Of a stretch of DNA of 36,542 nucleotides, positions 22,227 to 33,254 are shown piece after piece (position 1 is the stretch's first letter; each line of letters starts with the position of its first letter). The DNA comes from Chiloscyllium plagiosum (Eukaryota). The notes under the pieces were generated by a model. That model had not been told where the DNA came from and ran no database searches. It saw only the letters and a program-made list of their open reading frames with translations. Location of the stretch: contig NC_057755.1 in assembly GCF_004010195.1 (NCBI RefSeq), positions 4,708,427 to 4,744,968 of the forward strand, read 5' to 3'. Both the position numbers and the translations under genes were made by a program.

Positions 22227-22498
22227 GGGCAACACGGTGGCACAGTGGTTAGCACTGCTGCCTCACAGCGCCAGAGACCTGGGTTCAATTCCTGCCNNNN
22301 NNNNNNNNNNNNNNNNNNNNNNNNNNNNNNNNNNNNNNNNNNNNNNNNNNNNNNNNNNNNNNNNNNNNNNNNNNNNNNNNNNNNNNNNNNNNNNNNNNNN
22401 NNNNNNNNNNNNNNNNNNNNNNNNNNNNNNNNNNNNNNNTCAGTGTGGACTTGTTGGGCCGAAGGGCCTGTTTCCACACTGTAAGTAATCTAATCTAA
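22227..22498 (+). mobile_element. HE1-like V-SINE spanning an assembly gap
   Basis: Head 'ggcacagtggttagcactgctgcctcacagcgccagagacctgggttcaattcc' before the Ns. Tail 'gggccgaagggcctgtttccacactgtaagtaatctaatcta' after them. Confidence 0.85.
22297..22439. other. Assembly gap (143 N)
   Basis: Run of N. Confidence 1.
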
Positions 22499-22949
22499 AA
22501 CAAGTTGACTGTTACTGTTTCAGACAATTTCCTGATTTTCAGATACAAACAGAGTAAATAGGAGCAACAGTAAGCTATTCGGACCTTTGAGCCTACTCAG
22601 CCATTCAATATGAGCATGCCTGATCATCCAGCTCAATAAAGTGTGTTCGCCCATCCACTTTCATCAGTTCAGCTGGCAGATGCTCTGTATGTGACAAGTG
22701 CAGATACTGCTTTTAACACGAGTTCTATTTCCCTTCACAGGTCAATGCTCGCCCCGATGGGTCTATTACACAGGATGGTATATCGTCAATATCAGACCTG
22801 GTAACAATCTGATGCTTTCAAAATCTAACAAGAAAGGATTTTATCAACACAAAAGGTCCTCAATTCAAACAGGAAATTTGTTGTCCTCGTGACATAGACA
22901 AGCGACTTTGTTTGGTGTATCAAAGAATGCACATTACAAGCTGAAATAA

Positions 22950-23626
22950 AAGATAAATGCGAGGTGCTGCATTTTGGGAAAGCAAATCTTAGCAGGGCTT
23001 ATACACTTAATGGTAAGGTCCTGGGGAGTGTTGCTGAACAAAGAGACCTTGGAGTGCAGGTTCATAGCTACTTGCAAGTGGAGTCGTAGGTAGATAGGAT
23101 AGTGAAGAAGGCGTTTGGTATGCTTTCCTTTATTGGTCAGAGTATTGAGTACAGGAGTTGGGAGGTCATGTTGCGGCTGTACAGGACATTGGTTAGGCCA
23201 CTGTTGGAATATTGTGTGCAATTCTGGTCTCCCTCCTATTGGAAAGATGTTGTGAAACTTGAAAGGGTTCAGAAAAGATTTACAAGGATGTTGCCAGGGT
23301 TGGAGGATCTGAGCTACAGGGAGAGGCTGAACAGGCTGGGGCTGTTTTCCCTGGAGCGTCGGAGGCTGAGGGGTGACATTATAGAGGTTTATAAAATCAT
23401 GAGGGGCATGGATAGGGTAAATAGACAAAGTCTTTTCCCTGGAGTCGGGGAGTCCAGAACTAGAGGGGCATAGGTTTAGGGTGAGAGGGGAAATATATAA
23501 AAGAGACCTAAGGGGCAACTTTTTCACCCAGAGGGTGGTATGTGTATGGAATGAGCTGCCAGAGGATGTGGTGGAGGCTGGTACAATTGCAACACTTAAG
23601 AGGTATTTGGATGGGCGTATGAATAG
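22950..23626 (+). mobile_element. Relatively young CR1 LINE ORF2 C-terminal fragment
   Basis: KKAFGMLSFIGQSIEYRSWEVMLRLYRTLVRPLLEYCVQFWSPSYWKDVVKLERVQKRFTRMLPGLEDLSYRERLNRLGLFSLERRRLRGD…GNFFTQRVVCVWNELP. Confidence 0.95.
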
Positions 23627-23735
23627 TCCATGCCGACCAGATATCCCAACCCAGCTAGTCCCACCTGCCAGCACCCGGCCCATTTCCCTGCAAACCCTTC
23701 CTATTCATTTACCCATCCAAATGCCTCTTAAATTT
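23627..23735 (-). mobile_element. Inverted CR1 3'-terminal segment
   Basis: The reverse complement is CR1 3' sequence overlapping the last ~31 nt of the preceding plus-strand copy. Confidence 0.75.
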
Positions 23736-23764
23736 TTCTTATGATTGCTTCTGTAATCATCCCA

Positions 23765-24550
23765 ACATCCACAAAGGAACTATGCAGTACAGAGGAACTA
23801 CGCAGAACAGAGGAAAATCACCTATACCATGTATTCAAAAAGAATGGGTACCCAATGTACACAGTCCGCTGATTTCTCAACTACAAACTCAAACAAGCAG
23901 ACAAAACACACCCAGAAACCCTAGCCACTCTCCCCTACATCAAAGACATCTCAAAAGTGACTGCCTGAGTACTCAGACCTCTTGGCATCATGGTAGCCCA
24001 CAAACCCACCAACACACTAAAGCAGCACCTAATGAACTTGAAAGACCCTATGCAGACAACAAGCAAAACTAATGTCATTTACAAAATATCTTTCAAGGAC
24101 TGTAACAAACACTACACTGGACATGCAGGCATAAAACTAACCGCCAGGTTACATGAACACCAACTAGCCTCAAAACGACATGACCCTCTCTCACTAGTGT
24201 CTTTACATACAGATAAAGAAGGACACCACTTCGACTGGGACAACACATCCATCCTAGGACAAACCAAACAGAGACATGCATGAGAATTCCTAGAAGCATG
24301 GCATTCCAACCGGAACTCCATCAACAAACACATCGAGTTAGACCCCATTTACCACCCCCTGAGAAAAAGAACAGGAAATGACATCACCACAGGAAATGAC
24401 ATCACTCACCCAAAGAACCCCAAACATATAAATAGAAAGCAAGAATCATGTACACAACTTTGCCTCGAGGCCCACTGACGATGTTACCTGGTAGGGTGAC
24501 GAAACGTCTGGAAATGAATCTTCCAGCTCAGCGAGCAAACCTGCATCCAC
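23765..24550 (+). mobile_element. Penelope-like element 3' part: RT-EN linker, GIY-YIG endonuclease (disrupted by stops), 3' UTR with hammerhead
   Basis: …VFKKNGYP…TLPYIKDIS…MVAHKPTNTLKQHLMNLKDP…NVIYKISFKDCNKHYTGHAGIKLTARLHEHQLASKRHD…FDWDNTSILG…*EFLEAWHS. Confidence 0.92.
24472..24511 (+). ncRNA. Intact minimal type I hammerhead ribozyme motif (PLE-type)
   Basis: cca-CTGACGA-t-gttacc-tggtag-ggtgac-GAA-ACGT-C-tgg. Stem I is cca/tgg, stem II is 6 bp, stem III is the ACGU palindrome, and the cleavage triplet is GUC. Confidence 0.8.
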
Positions 24551-25892
24551 TTCAGATGATCATGGCTGATCATTCAACTCAATAAAGTTTTCCTACTTTT
24601 TCCCCTTTCACTTTTGATCCTTTAGACTGAGGCGCTGTATCAAAAATAAATTGGCCTGGCATATCGCTTACTCCACCATTGCCATCAAGGTAGGGAATGA
24701 AACCCTGGTGCAACGCTTGCTGCAACGCAGCAACCAGGCATGCACAAAGATGATGGGCCCGCCTGGTGAAGCTCCCAAACAAGATCATTTTGCACACCGA
24801 ACAGCATAAGCAGCAAATAGTCGACCACATTAAGAGATAAGACAGCCAAAAGGTCAGTTCTAATGTGCCCAACCTGCCACAACCAGTCAGGCATGATGAT
24901 GGACAAGTGATCAATTACCTGAAAGAGGATGCCCCACGAGTATTCCGATCCTCAATGATGAGGGAGGCAAGAACATCGGTGGGAAAGTCTGATGTCGTGA
25001 GTGTATGTCTGTGTGAGCTAGTTTGTGTCAATATATTTGAGTGAAGATATACATTCCTCCAATTATGTTCAGTTCCTCTCACACTATAGGTACACTTACA
25101 TTCTTCTTCATTGATTCAAAACCTACAAAATATTTAATTTTGATGCATTCACTCGCACAGCGCTCTAATCAGGGTTGTGTCTCCAGGTTCACTGACAATA
25201 CCACTTTGTGTGGGGAGAACCAAAGACTCAATGAACAGATATGGACAGGTTCAATCAATGGGCAAGCAAGTGGTAGACGGACTGTTTGAGTATAAAGACA
25301 GTTTTAAATATTGATAAGTCACGAATTTTTCCAACATTAGACTGAAAAAAAAAAATAACAACCACCCGATGCGAATTTCTCTTTGGGAAAGAGGTTTGCA
25401 AATTAATTCGCTGACATTTAAAATAACTGTTCATTTCCAAGTTGGCAGTTCCCGAGGCCGGTGACATTGCTCCCTTCTGTGAGGGGCAGTTTGCCGACTG
25501 GACATTCTTACACTGAGACTGGCTGTAACAGGGCTTCCTGTATTCCACCATAATATACACTTCGCTTTCATGGCCTTTATTTCTAATGTTGTCGCATGGA
25601 ATATAATATGGTGAACCGTGACTCATTCACATTTGTGGGAAGAATAGGAAAAAAAAAACAGAATGGTGCTGTATAAAATACTGATAAATTGTTAAATACT
25701 ATTGTAATTCGGGGGATTATGATATTATTGTATTCAAGTATCAGAGCGTTAACACGAGTCAACAGTTAGGAGGATGAATACTGTACCAATTAATGCCAGG
25801 AGATTTTATTAGAATGTGAGGATGTGACGCCAGGGTTTTATTTCATTCAAAAATCGCTTTGGAGTCACACTGTCACCCATAAACAGAGACAT

Positions 25893-26012
25893 ACTGACTC
25901 AGGGTTACACCCGAAACGATGACTGAAACACCTCCTGATGCTGCCCGGCTTGCTATGTTTTTTTTTCCAGCCTCTTGCCTGTCTACTTTGGATTCCAGCA
26001 TCTACAGTTTCT
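25893..26012 (+). mobile_element. Degenerate hammerhead-family short element
   Basis: 'ctgactcagggttacacccgaaacgatgac' followed by 'ctgatgctgcccggcttgct…ttccagc…ggattccagcatctacagtt'. Confidence 0.5.
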
Positions 26013-26089
26013 CTGTGTTTCTCGCTTTTGAATTTTAAAGACATGCCCTAACCTTTAGAAATCCACGTTTCAATTTATTTTTCTATCTA

Positions 26090-27460
26090 AGGTCAGTGTG
26101 TTTCCCTTATTCCAATACTATGTCTTCCTCCTGATGCCCACTAGTTATATCAAGCTGACAGGTCTGTAGTTTCCTGACTTTGTGTTCACCTTTTCTCTTA
26201 AACAACAGTGTCATGTGTGCGATCCTCCAGTCCCCTGGAAATCATCCTGTCTCTCAATGATCCTGAACATCGTTCTGTCAGCAATCTAGGATGCACCCAT
26301 ACCCGGTCTGGTGGTTCTTTTTACTACCTGGAGTGCTATAGCACCTCTTCCTTATCTATCCCTACACTGTTCAGTTGCTCAACTGTGGCCTTGTCACCAT
26401 TTTCTAATTTGGTAAACACGGAAGCAAAGTCGTCATTTAGTACCCTTGCCATACTATGCACTCCAGTGAGTAGGTCACTCTGCCTTTCCTCATGGGCCCC
26501 CAGGCTATCCTTCACTAATCCTTCACTTGGCGGTCATCAGTCAGAGGAGAAAGCGAGGACTGCAGATGCTGAAGAATCCGGGTCAGTAAGTGTGGCGCTG
26601 GAAAAATGATGATGAAAGGCTTATGCCCGAATCATCGACTCTCCTGCTCCTTGTATGCTGCCCGACCTACTGTGCATTTCCCGGGCCACACTTTTCGACG
26701 GCCATCAGTTCTGACGAAAGGTCAGTCGACCTGAAGCAGTATCTCTGATTTCCCTGCACAGAAATTGCTGAGCTTTTGCAGCAATTTCTCATTTTCTCTG
26801 TGCACGTGTTTGAATAACGTTTTACTATTTGTTATAGTGCAGCTTGCAGATGGTTTCTCATGAATCATATTTGCATCACTTCTTTTTTTAACCAGCCTTA
26901 GCAACTCTCCTACATTCCAGATACTCTTCCGAGTTTCTACTGTTATTGTTTTTCTCGTAGACATCACGTGACATCTTTTCTTCCTCATTTCCTCATGAAT
27001 AGCCTCAGTCATCCAATACACTGGATGATGCCTTGTCGTTATTTCTGAAAGCTACGTACCTAGCTTCCACTCTACATATGTCTCTCTTCTGAATGCCTCC
27101 CAATTTTCAATCACTTTATTTATTGCCTAAAGATGCAATTCTAATCAACGTGAAAATCAAACTTTTTGACGTCGAGAATCTGCCATTTATCTGCCGAGGA
27201 TCTGAATCATTGAACTGATTTTAATATTTTTTTTATTCTTAATTGCAACTTCTGACACTTTGGTCGCTATTTTCCAAAGGCTTGATGCTCTCTACTTCGT
27301 CTGCCTTATTTTCCAGTAACAGAGCCAAACGTGTGTCACATCTGTTCGAAATGGAAATGTAATGTTTGAGAATGTTCTCCTGCAGACATTGCAACAATTT
27401 TATCTTTTCCGGTTTCTCACACTTTAACCTTTTTTCACAGTCTTCCCTAGAGTAATCAGA
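26090..27460 (-). mobile_element. Old CR1 ORF2 internal fragment with nested short elements
   Basis: 26150-26240 is the reverse of the PEDWRxAxVTPLFKKG…GNYRPVSL region. The remainder is heavily decayed and the boundaries are approximate. Confidence 0.5.
26544..26698. mobile_element. Fold-back PLE-derived element with decayed hammerhead
   Basis: Starts with 'gaggagaaagcgaggactgcagatgctg' as at 8588, and contains 'tgatgaaaggcttatgcccgaatcatcga'. TSD-like cggtcatcagt (26531-26541) and cggccatcagt (26699-26709). Confidence 0.75.
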
Positions 27461-27601
27461 ATGATCAATTATTGCATTTTACTTACAGTGTGTGTGTGTC
27501 TGTTGATGTTGTTATCAGTTTGGATGTTGATGTGAGCGGCAGCCCCTCCCTCTCTCACTCCGACCGAATCCCTGAGGGTTTTCGCCCTCAATCAGCGCAT
27601 G

Positions 27602-27635
27602 TGCGGTGGCGGGGGGAGGCCAGCAGAGGGCGGCA
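27602..27635 (+). promoter_or_regulatory. Putative CTCF site (upstream motif plus core), copy 2
   Basis: TGCGGTGGC-N6-AGG-CCAGCAGAGGGCGGCA, paralogous to 280-312. Confidence 0.55.
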
Positions 27636-27672
27636 TTGTATCAGTTTCAACACAAGTTGTGTTGCTTGTTAT

Positions 27673-27922
27673 GGAACATAGAACATAGAGCATTACAGCT
27701 CCGGCCCTCAATGTTGCGCTGACCTGCCATACCAATCTGAAGGCAGCATCCAGGGAACAGGAGATTCGACGTTTCGGGCACAGGCCCTTCTTCAGGAACA
27801 TAGAACATAGAGCATTACAGCTCCGGCCCTCAATGTTGCGCTGACCTGCCATACCAATCTGAAGCCCATCTAACCTACACTATTCCATGTACGTCCTTGT
27901 CCAATGACGACTTAAATGTACT
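27673..27922 (-). mobile_element. Short CR1 3' tail with a 70-bp duplication enclosing a hammerhead fragment
   Basis: (agaacat)n tail. 27673-27742 is identical to 27795-27864. Confidence 0.85.
27764..27799 (-). ncRNA. Intact minimal hammerhead ribozyme motif
   Basis: Reverse complement: gttc-CTGAAGA-a-gggc-ctgt-gccc-GAA-ACGT-C-gaat. Stem I is gttc/gaat with one G-U pair. Confidence 0.75.
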
Positions 27923-28304
27923 GACCCCATAATCAGGGAGTTTCTGATTAGACTGCACTGGAGTGGCAGACCACGGGAACTGGGAAACTTGATGCTGAAA
28001 ATGACAAACCTCAGCTATTTGTTATCATTTGATGGTGGGTGGGTTCTGATAATGTCATGTCGTCTTATGCCACAATTCCTCACATCAAGGCATCTTAAAG
28101 TTGGTGGTTTGTGTCATTAGTTTCAGGTCTGTTGAATTTTTGTTGAGCGGCGAGACCATGTATTTAATAGTGGAACATTTTCTGATGAGCTATACTGTTT
28201 GATTTCATCAGAACTGTCCTAATGAACTAATTTGATGTAGACTTACAGAGGGTTCCAGGATGATATGAGTTAGTCAGTAGGAAGTTCCATTTCCTTCGTA
28301 AATT

Positions 28305-31300
28305 ATCGAACACATAATATAGAAAAGTACAGCACACAAAGTTGCGCTGAGGATTAATCCTAATGGAACATAAAACAACTTAATCTACGCACCCCTCAAT
28401 TTACTACTATCCATGTGCATTTCCAGCAGTCGGTTAAATATCCTTAATGACTCTGCTTCCACCACCGCTGCTGGCAACGCATTCCATGCATTCACAACTC
28501 TCTGCGTAATGAACCTACCTCTGACGTCTCCTCTGTACCTTTCTCCTAATATCTTCAAACTATGAGCCCTCGTGCCAGTCAATCCTGCCCTGGGGAAAAA
28601 GTCTTTGGCTATTGATTCTATCCATGTCTCTCATTTCCTTGTATACCTCGATCACGTCACCTCACTTCCTCCTTCTCTCCAGAGAGATAAGTCCGAGATT
28701 AGTCAACCTCTCTTCATAAGGCAAGCCCTTCATTCCAGGCACATCCTGGTAAACCTTATTTGCACCCTCTCCAAATCCTCCATATCTTTCCTATAGTAGG
28801 GCGACCAGCACTGGACACAATATTCCAAGTGTGACCTCACCAGGAACTTGTAGAGCTGTAACAAATCCTCTCAGCTCTTAAACACGATCCCCTTGTTAAT
28901 GAAAGCAAAAACACAACATGCTTTCTTAACAACCCTATCCACTTGGATGGCAACTTTGAAGGATCTATGTAATGGAACACCAAGATCCCCCTGTTCCTCC
29001 ACACCGATAAGAATCCTGTCTTTAATCCTATATTCAACATTCGAGTTCGAATTCCCAAAATGCAACGCTTCGCATTTATCCAGGTTGAACTCTATCTGAC
29101 ATTTTTCAGCCCAGCTCTGCATCCTGTCTATGTCACGCTGCAGCCTGCAGTAGCCCTCGATTTTATCAACGGCACCGCCAACCTTTGTGCCACCTGCAAA
29201 TTTGCTAACCCACCCCTCAACCTTCTTATCCAAGTCATATATAAAAACTACAAAGAGCAGAGGCCCCCACTCAATGCTGACCTCCAGGCAGAATACCTTC
29301 CATCTACAACCACTCTCTGCCTTCTGTCAGCCAACCAATTCTGAACTCAGATAGCCAAGTCTTCCTGTAACCCATACTTCCTGACTTTATGAATGAGCCT
29401 ACCATGTGAACCTTATCAAATGTCTTGCTGAAGTCCATATACACCGCATCCACTGCTTGACCTTCGCCAACCTGCCTTGTCTCCTTCTCAAAGAGCTCAA
29501 TAAGAATTTTGAGGCATAACCTGCCCCTCACAAGGCCATGCTGACTGCCTTTAATCACACTATGATTTTCCAAATAGTCATAAATCCTGTCCCTCAGAAT
29601 TCTTTCCAAAACTTTGCTGACTACAGACGTAAGACTGAGTGGTCAGTAATTGTTGGGGACTTCCCTATTACCCTTCTTGTAAAGAGAAACAACATTCGCC
29701 TCCTTCCAATCCTCCAGTACGACTCCCATGGAGAGTATGAAGGCAAATGTCTTCGCCAGCGGCTTAGCAACCTCCTTTCTCACCTCTCGGATCAGTGTAG
29801 GGTAAATCTGGTCTGGCCAAACATCAATGTTAATGTTTGCCAAAATTTCCAACACATCAACTTCCGTCATCTTGATCTGTTCAAGCCTGTATCCCACCTC
29901 CTCAAGGTTCTCATTCACAACAAGGTCCCTCTCCTTAGTGAAAACAGAAACAAAAAGGAAACACATTTAGTGCGTCCTCTATCTGCTCAGACACCATGCA
30001 AATGTTCCCTACACTATCCCTGATCTCTCGACCTTCTCCCTGATCATTCTCTTATTCCTCACGTATGAGTAAAATGCCTTTGGATTCTCCCTAATCCTTC
30101 CTGCCAAGCCTTTTTCGTGCCCCCTCCTGGCTCTTCTCAGTCCATTTCTAATCTCCTTTCTAGCAAGCCTGTAATCCTCTAAAGCTGTGCTAGATCTTTG
30201 CTTCCTCACCTTACATAAGCAGCCTTCTTCCTGTTCTCATCATCCAAGGTTCCTTAATCTTACCCCTTCTTACCTGTCTCAGAGGAACAAATTTGTGCAT
30301 CACTCTCATCAACTTCTCCTTAACCAGTCTCCACATGTCTGCTGTGCCCTTCCTGTGGAACAATTGCTCCCAGTCTGTACTTCCCAATTCCTGTCTGATA
30401 GCGTCGTAATTTCCTTTTCCCCAATTAAAAACTTCCCTTGGTAGCTGCTGCTTTCCCTCTCGAGGTCTTGGGTAAATGTGAGGCAGTTGTGATCACTGTA
30501 ACTGAAGTGTTCACCCACCGCGAGATCTGACGCCTGTCCTGGCTCATTGCCGAGCACCAAATCCAAAATGGCCTCTCCCATCGTCGGTCTCTACGCATAT
30601 TGAGGAAGGAAACCCTCCTGAACACACCTGACAAAAATGGCTCCATCTAAACCATCTGCACTTAGGAGGTTCCATTCGATATTGGGGAAGTTGAAATCAC
30701 ACATAACGACAACCCTGCTACATCTGCATTCTGCCTGCCTGTGTGTTCTTCCATCTCTCTACTGCTATTAGGGGGTCTGCATAAAACCCCCAATGACGTG
30801 GCTTTTCGCTTGCTGTTCCTAACTTCAACCCATACTGACTCAGACGACAAACCTTCTTCAACAACTTGCGCTTCTGTCATGCTCTCTCTGACTAGTATTA
30901 TTATAGCCCCTCCTCTTTTTCCACTCTCCCTTTTCTTTTTAAACGTTCTAAAGCCTGGAAAACCAAGCAACCATTCTTGCAACTGTGAATCCCACATCAT
31001 AGCCCCAAATACTGATCCATGCTCAAAGTACACTTTAACCAATCCCTTTGTTTAATCGCGTGAGAAAGCTTCCCGATAGATGCACTACATCCTGTGACTA
31101 CCCATTGTCCAACTGCCCCCCCTCTCAGACATGTAGCTCTGATTCCCACCCCCCCCCCTGCAAAACTAGTTTAAACCCTTGTGAACCACACGAGCAAATC
31201 TCCCACCCAGGAGATTTGTGCCCCTCCAGTTCAGGTGTAACCCGTCCTTCATGTACAGGGTCCCACCTTCCCCAGAAGGTGTCCCAATGAAACCCTCCCT

Positions 31301-31766
31301 CTTGCACCAGTCTCTCAGCCACGTGCTAAGCTGCATTCGCTGACTTTTCCTCGCCTCACTATCTAGTGGTAACGGTAGCAAACCCGAGGTCACCACTCCA
31401 CTCGTCCTGCTCTTCAGCTTCCAACCTAGCGCTCCGTAGTCACTTTTCAGATCCTCAATCCCTTTCCTGGCTGTATCATTGGTACCAATATGTACCACGA
31501 TTTCTGGCTGCTCACCCTGCCACTTCAGAAAGTTGTAAACCCGATCGGAGACACCCCGGACCCTGGCACCGGGGCAGCAACATACATTCTGGGAGTCCCG
31601 TTCCTGACCACAACATTTTATGTCAATCCATCTAACGTTTGAGTCCCCTACCATTAGTGTTTCTCCATTCTTCGCCCTTCTGTTCTGAACCACAGTGCCA
31701 GGCTCAGTGCCACAGAACTGACAACATTGGCTTTCCCCTGGTAGGCCATCCCTGCCAGCAGTATCC
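28305..31766 (-). mobile_element. Long 5'-truncated CR1 LINE: ORF1 (SGNH/GDSL esterase-like) plus ORF2 (APE endonuclease and RT), multiply frameshifted
   Basis: ORF1: LMVGDSNVR…CCPGARV…IVVHIGTND…KDGLHLNWRG. ORF2: ESVWVEVRN…RPPNS, ILDLVLGNE…SDH, EDWKEANVVSLYKKG, QHG…YMDFSKTFDKV, SKFAGGTK, TQRVVNAWNALP. It interrupts the duplicated block, whose homology resumes at 31766. Confidence 0.95.
31166..31700 (-). pseudogene. CR1 ORF1 SGNH-hydrolase-like domain (frameshifted remnant)
   Basis: GDS, G, GTND and DxxH blocks are visible in ORF 31166-31816. Confidence 0.8.
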
Positions 31767-32132
31767 AATTCCTTTGGATTTTTCCACGATGGCGAATCGG
31801 TAGGTTTCCAGCTCAACTGTCTCCCTGCACTGTGTCTTGTACATGGTACGCATTGCTGGTGATCTGCTTTGGTGGAGGACTGATTTACTCATTGTACTCA
31901 TCCTAGACATTGACAAAATCAGTCTCCCCCAAAATTTACGGCGCATGGATTTGAGTTCAAGCTGAGATTTGCTGATATTGTATTGGATAGGGGAGGAGTC
32001 TCGGAGGAGCTGAATTCATGCTCTTGTTTTGAAAGTTGCTACAGATCACAATGATTTGTAGTGATGGGACCTAGTTTATGTTGGCACCCAGTAGCTGATT
32101 GGTTCGTAATTATTGATGACCTCGTGCCTGCC

Positions 32133-33230
32133 TACAGAATTGCACACTACTGAAGGGGGTCTTCAGCCCATTGAGCCTCTCCCACCAAGCATGGACTACC
32201 AGTCGCTCTGCCCCTCATCAGACCCATAGCCTAGAATGTTGTGACATCTCAAGAGCTCATCCGAGCATCTTTTAAGGTTGTGAAATTTACTGCCTGAACT
32301 CCCCTCCCACGAGTGAATTCCAGACACCAACCAACCTCCGTCAGTGTGATAATCTGTCCTCAAATCTCCTCCAAACCTCCTGCATTTCAGTTTAGACATT
32401 TATCTCCTTGTTACTGACCCTTTGAGTGAGGAAAACCGCTGATTCCTAACTCCTGGCCTTTCCTCTCAGAATCTTTCATACCTCCAACCTTCTCTGCCCA
32501 AAACAAAATGTATCCAGCCTTTCTCTGTCATTGAAATACTCCATCCCAAGGCAACATCCTAGGGAGTCTTCCTCTGCGCGCTCCCTCTAGTAACGCCCAA
32601 TCCTCCCCATAGTGCGGGGACCAGAACTGCACACAGTCCTCCATTTTGGCCTCACCAAAGTCCTGTACAACTCCAACATCACCTCCCTGCTCTCACAATG
32701 TAAAACAGGCATTAACTCCTGCATAAACCTGCCCTTGCACCTTCGGCGATCTGTCGGCTATAATACCCCAGACCCACCTGTTCCTCCCACCTTCCTCGTC
32801 TCCTGCTTTTAACCAAGTAATCCTTTGTATTGCTCTCCCATCCCTTCAATTTCTCAGGTTTAATTTTCATCTGAACAATCCGTTCCTATCCTCCTGTAAC
32901 TGAACACCTTCCTCTTCACTGTCTACTCACCGGATAAATTTTGTGTTATCCCCAAACATACCGATCAGACTCCGACATTCCCAGCTCATCGTTTTCAAAT
33001 ATCGCCAACACCAAGGGCCCCGCAGTGAACATCACTTCACACCGGGCTCGTGTCCCACACACACACAGCCCTCTGCTACCAAACTCTGTCTCCTGTCGTG
33101 GAGATAATCCTGGATTCATCTTGCCACGTCACTCTGGATCCCGTCAGCTTCTACCTGCTTTATCATTCTGCCGTGTGGCACCCCTGCCAAAGGTCTTTCT
33201 CAAATATAGACCCATCTCCTCTGTGGAATT
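32133..33230 (-). mobile_element. Old, decayed CR1 LINE 3' portion
   Basis: Tail at ~32135-32185, 'gaccagaactgcacacagtcctccattttggcctcacc' (reverse of the VRPxLExCVQFW region), and 'aaggtctttctcaaatatag' (reverse of the YLxKxF region). Confidence 0.7.
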
Positions 33231-33254
33231 CACCAGCCCAGGGTACACTGCACG

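Noticed and set aside
22934..23683. 249-aa minus-strand ORF
   Set aside because: Antisense reading of a young CR1 ORF2 fragment.
24371..24406. 18-bp tandem duplication acaggaaatgacatcac(c/t)
   Set aside because: A simple slippage duplication within the PLE 3' region, with no evidence of function.
27673..27864. Repeat-spacer-repeat pattern as a CRISPR array
   Set aside because: Eukaryotic context, only two repeats, and the repeats are CR1 tail sequence.
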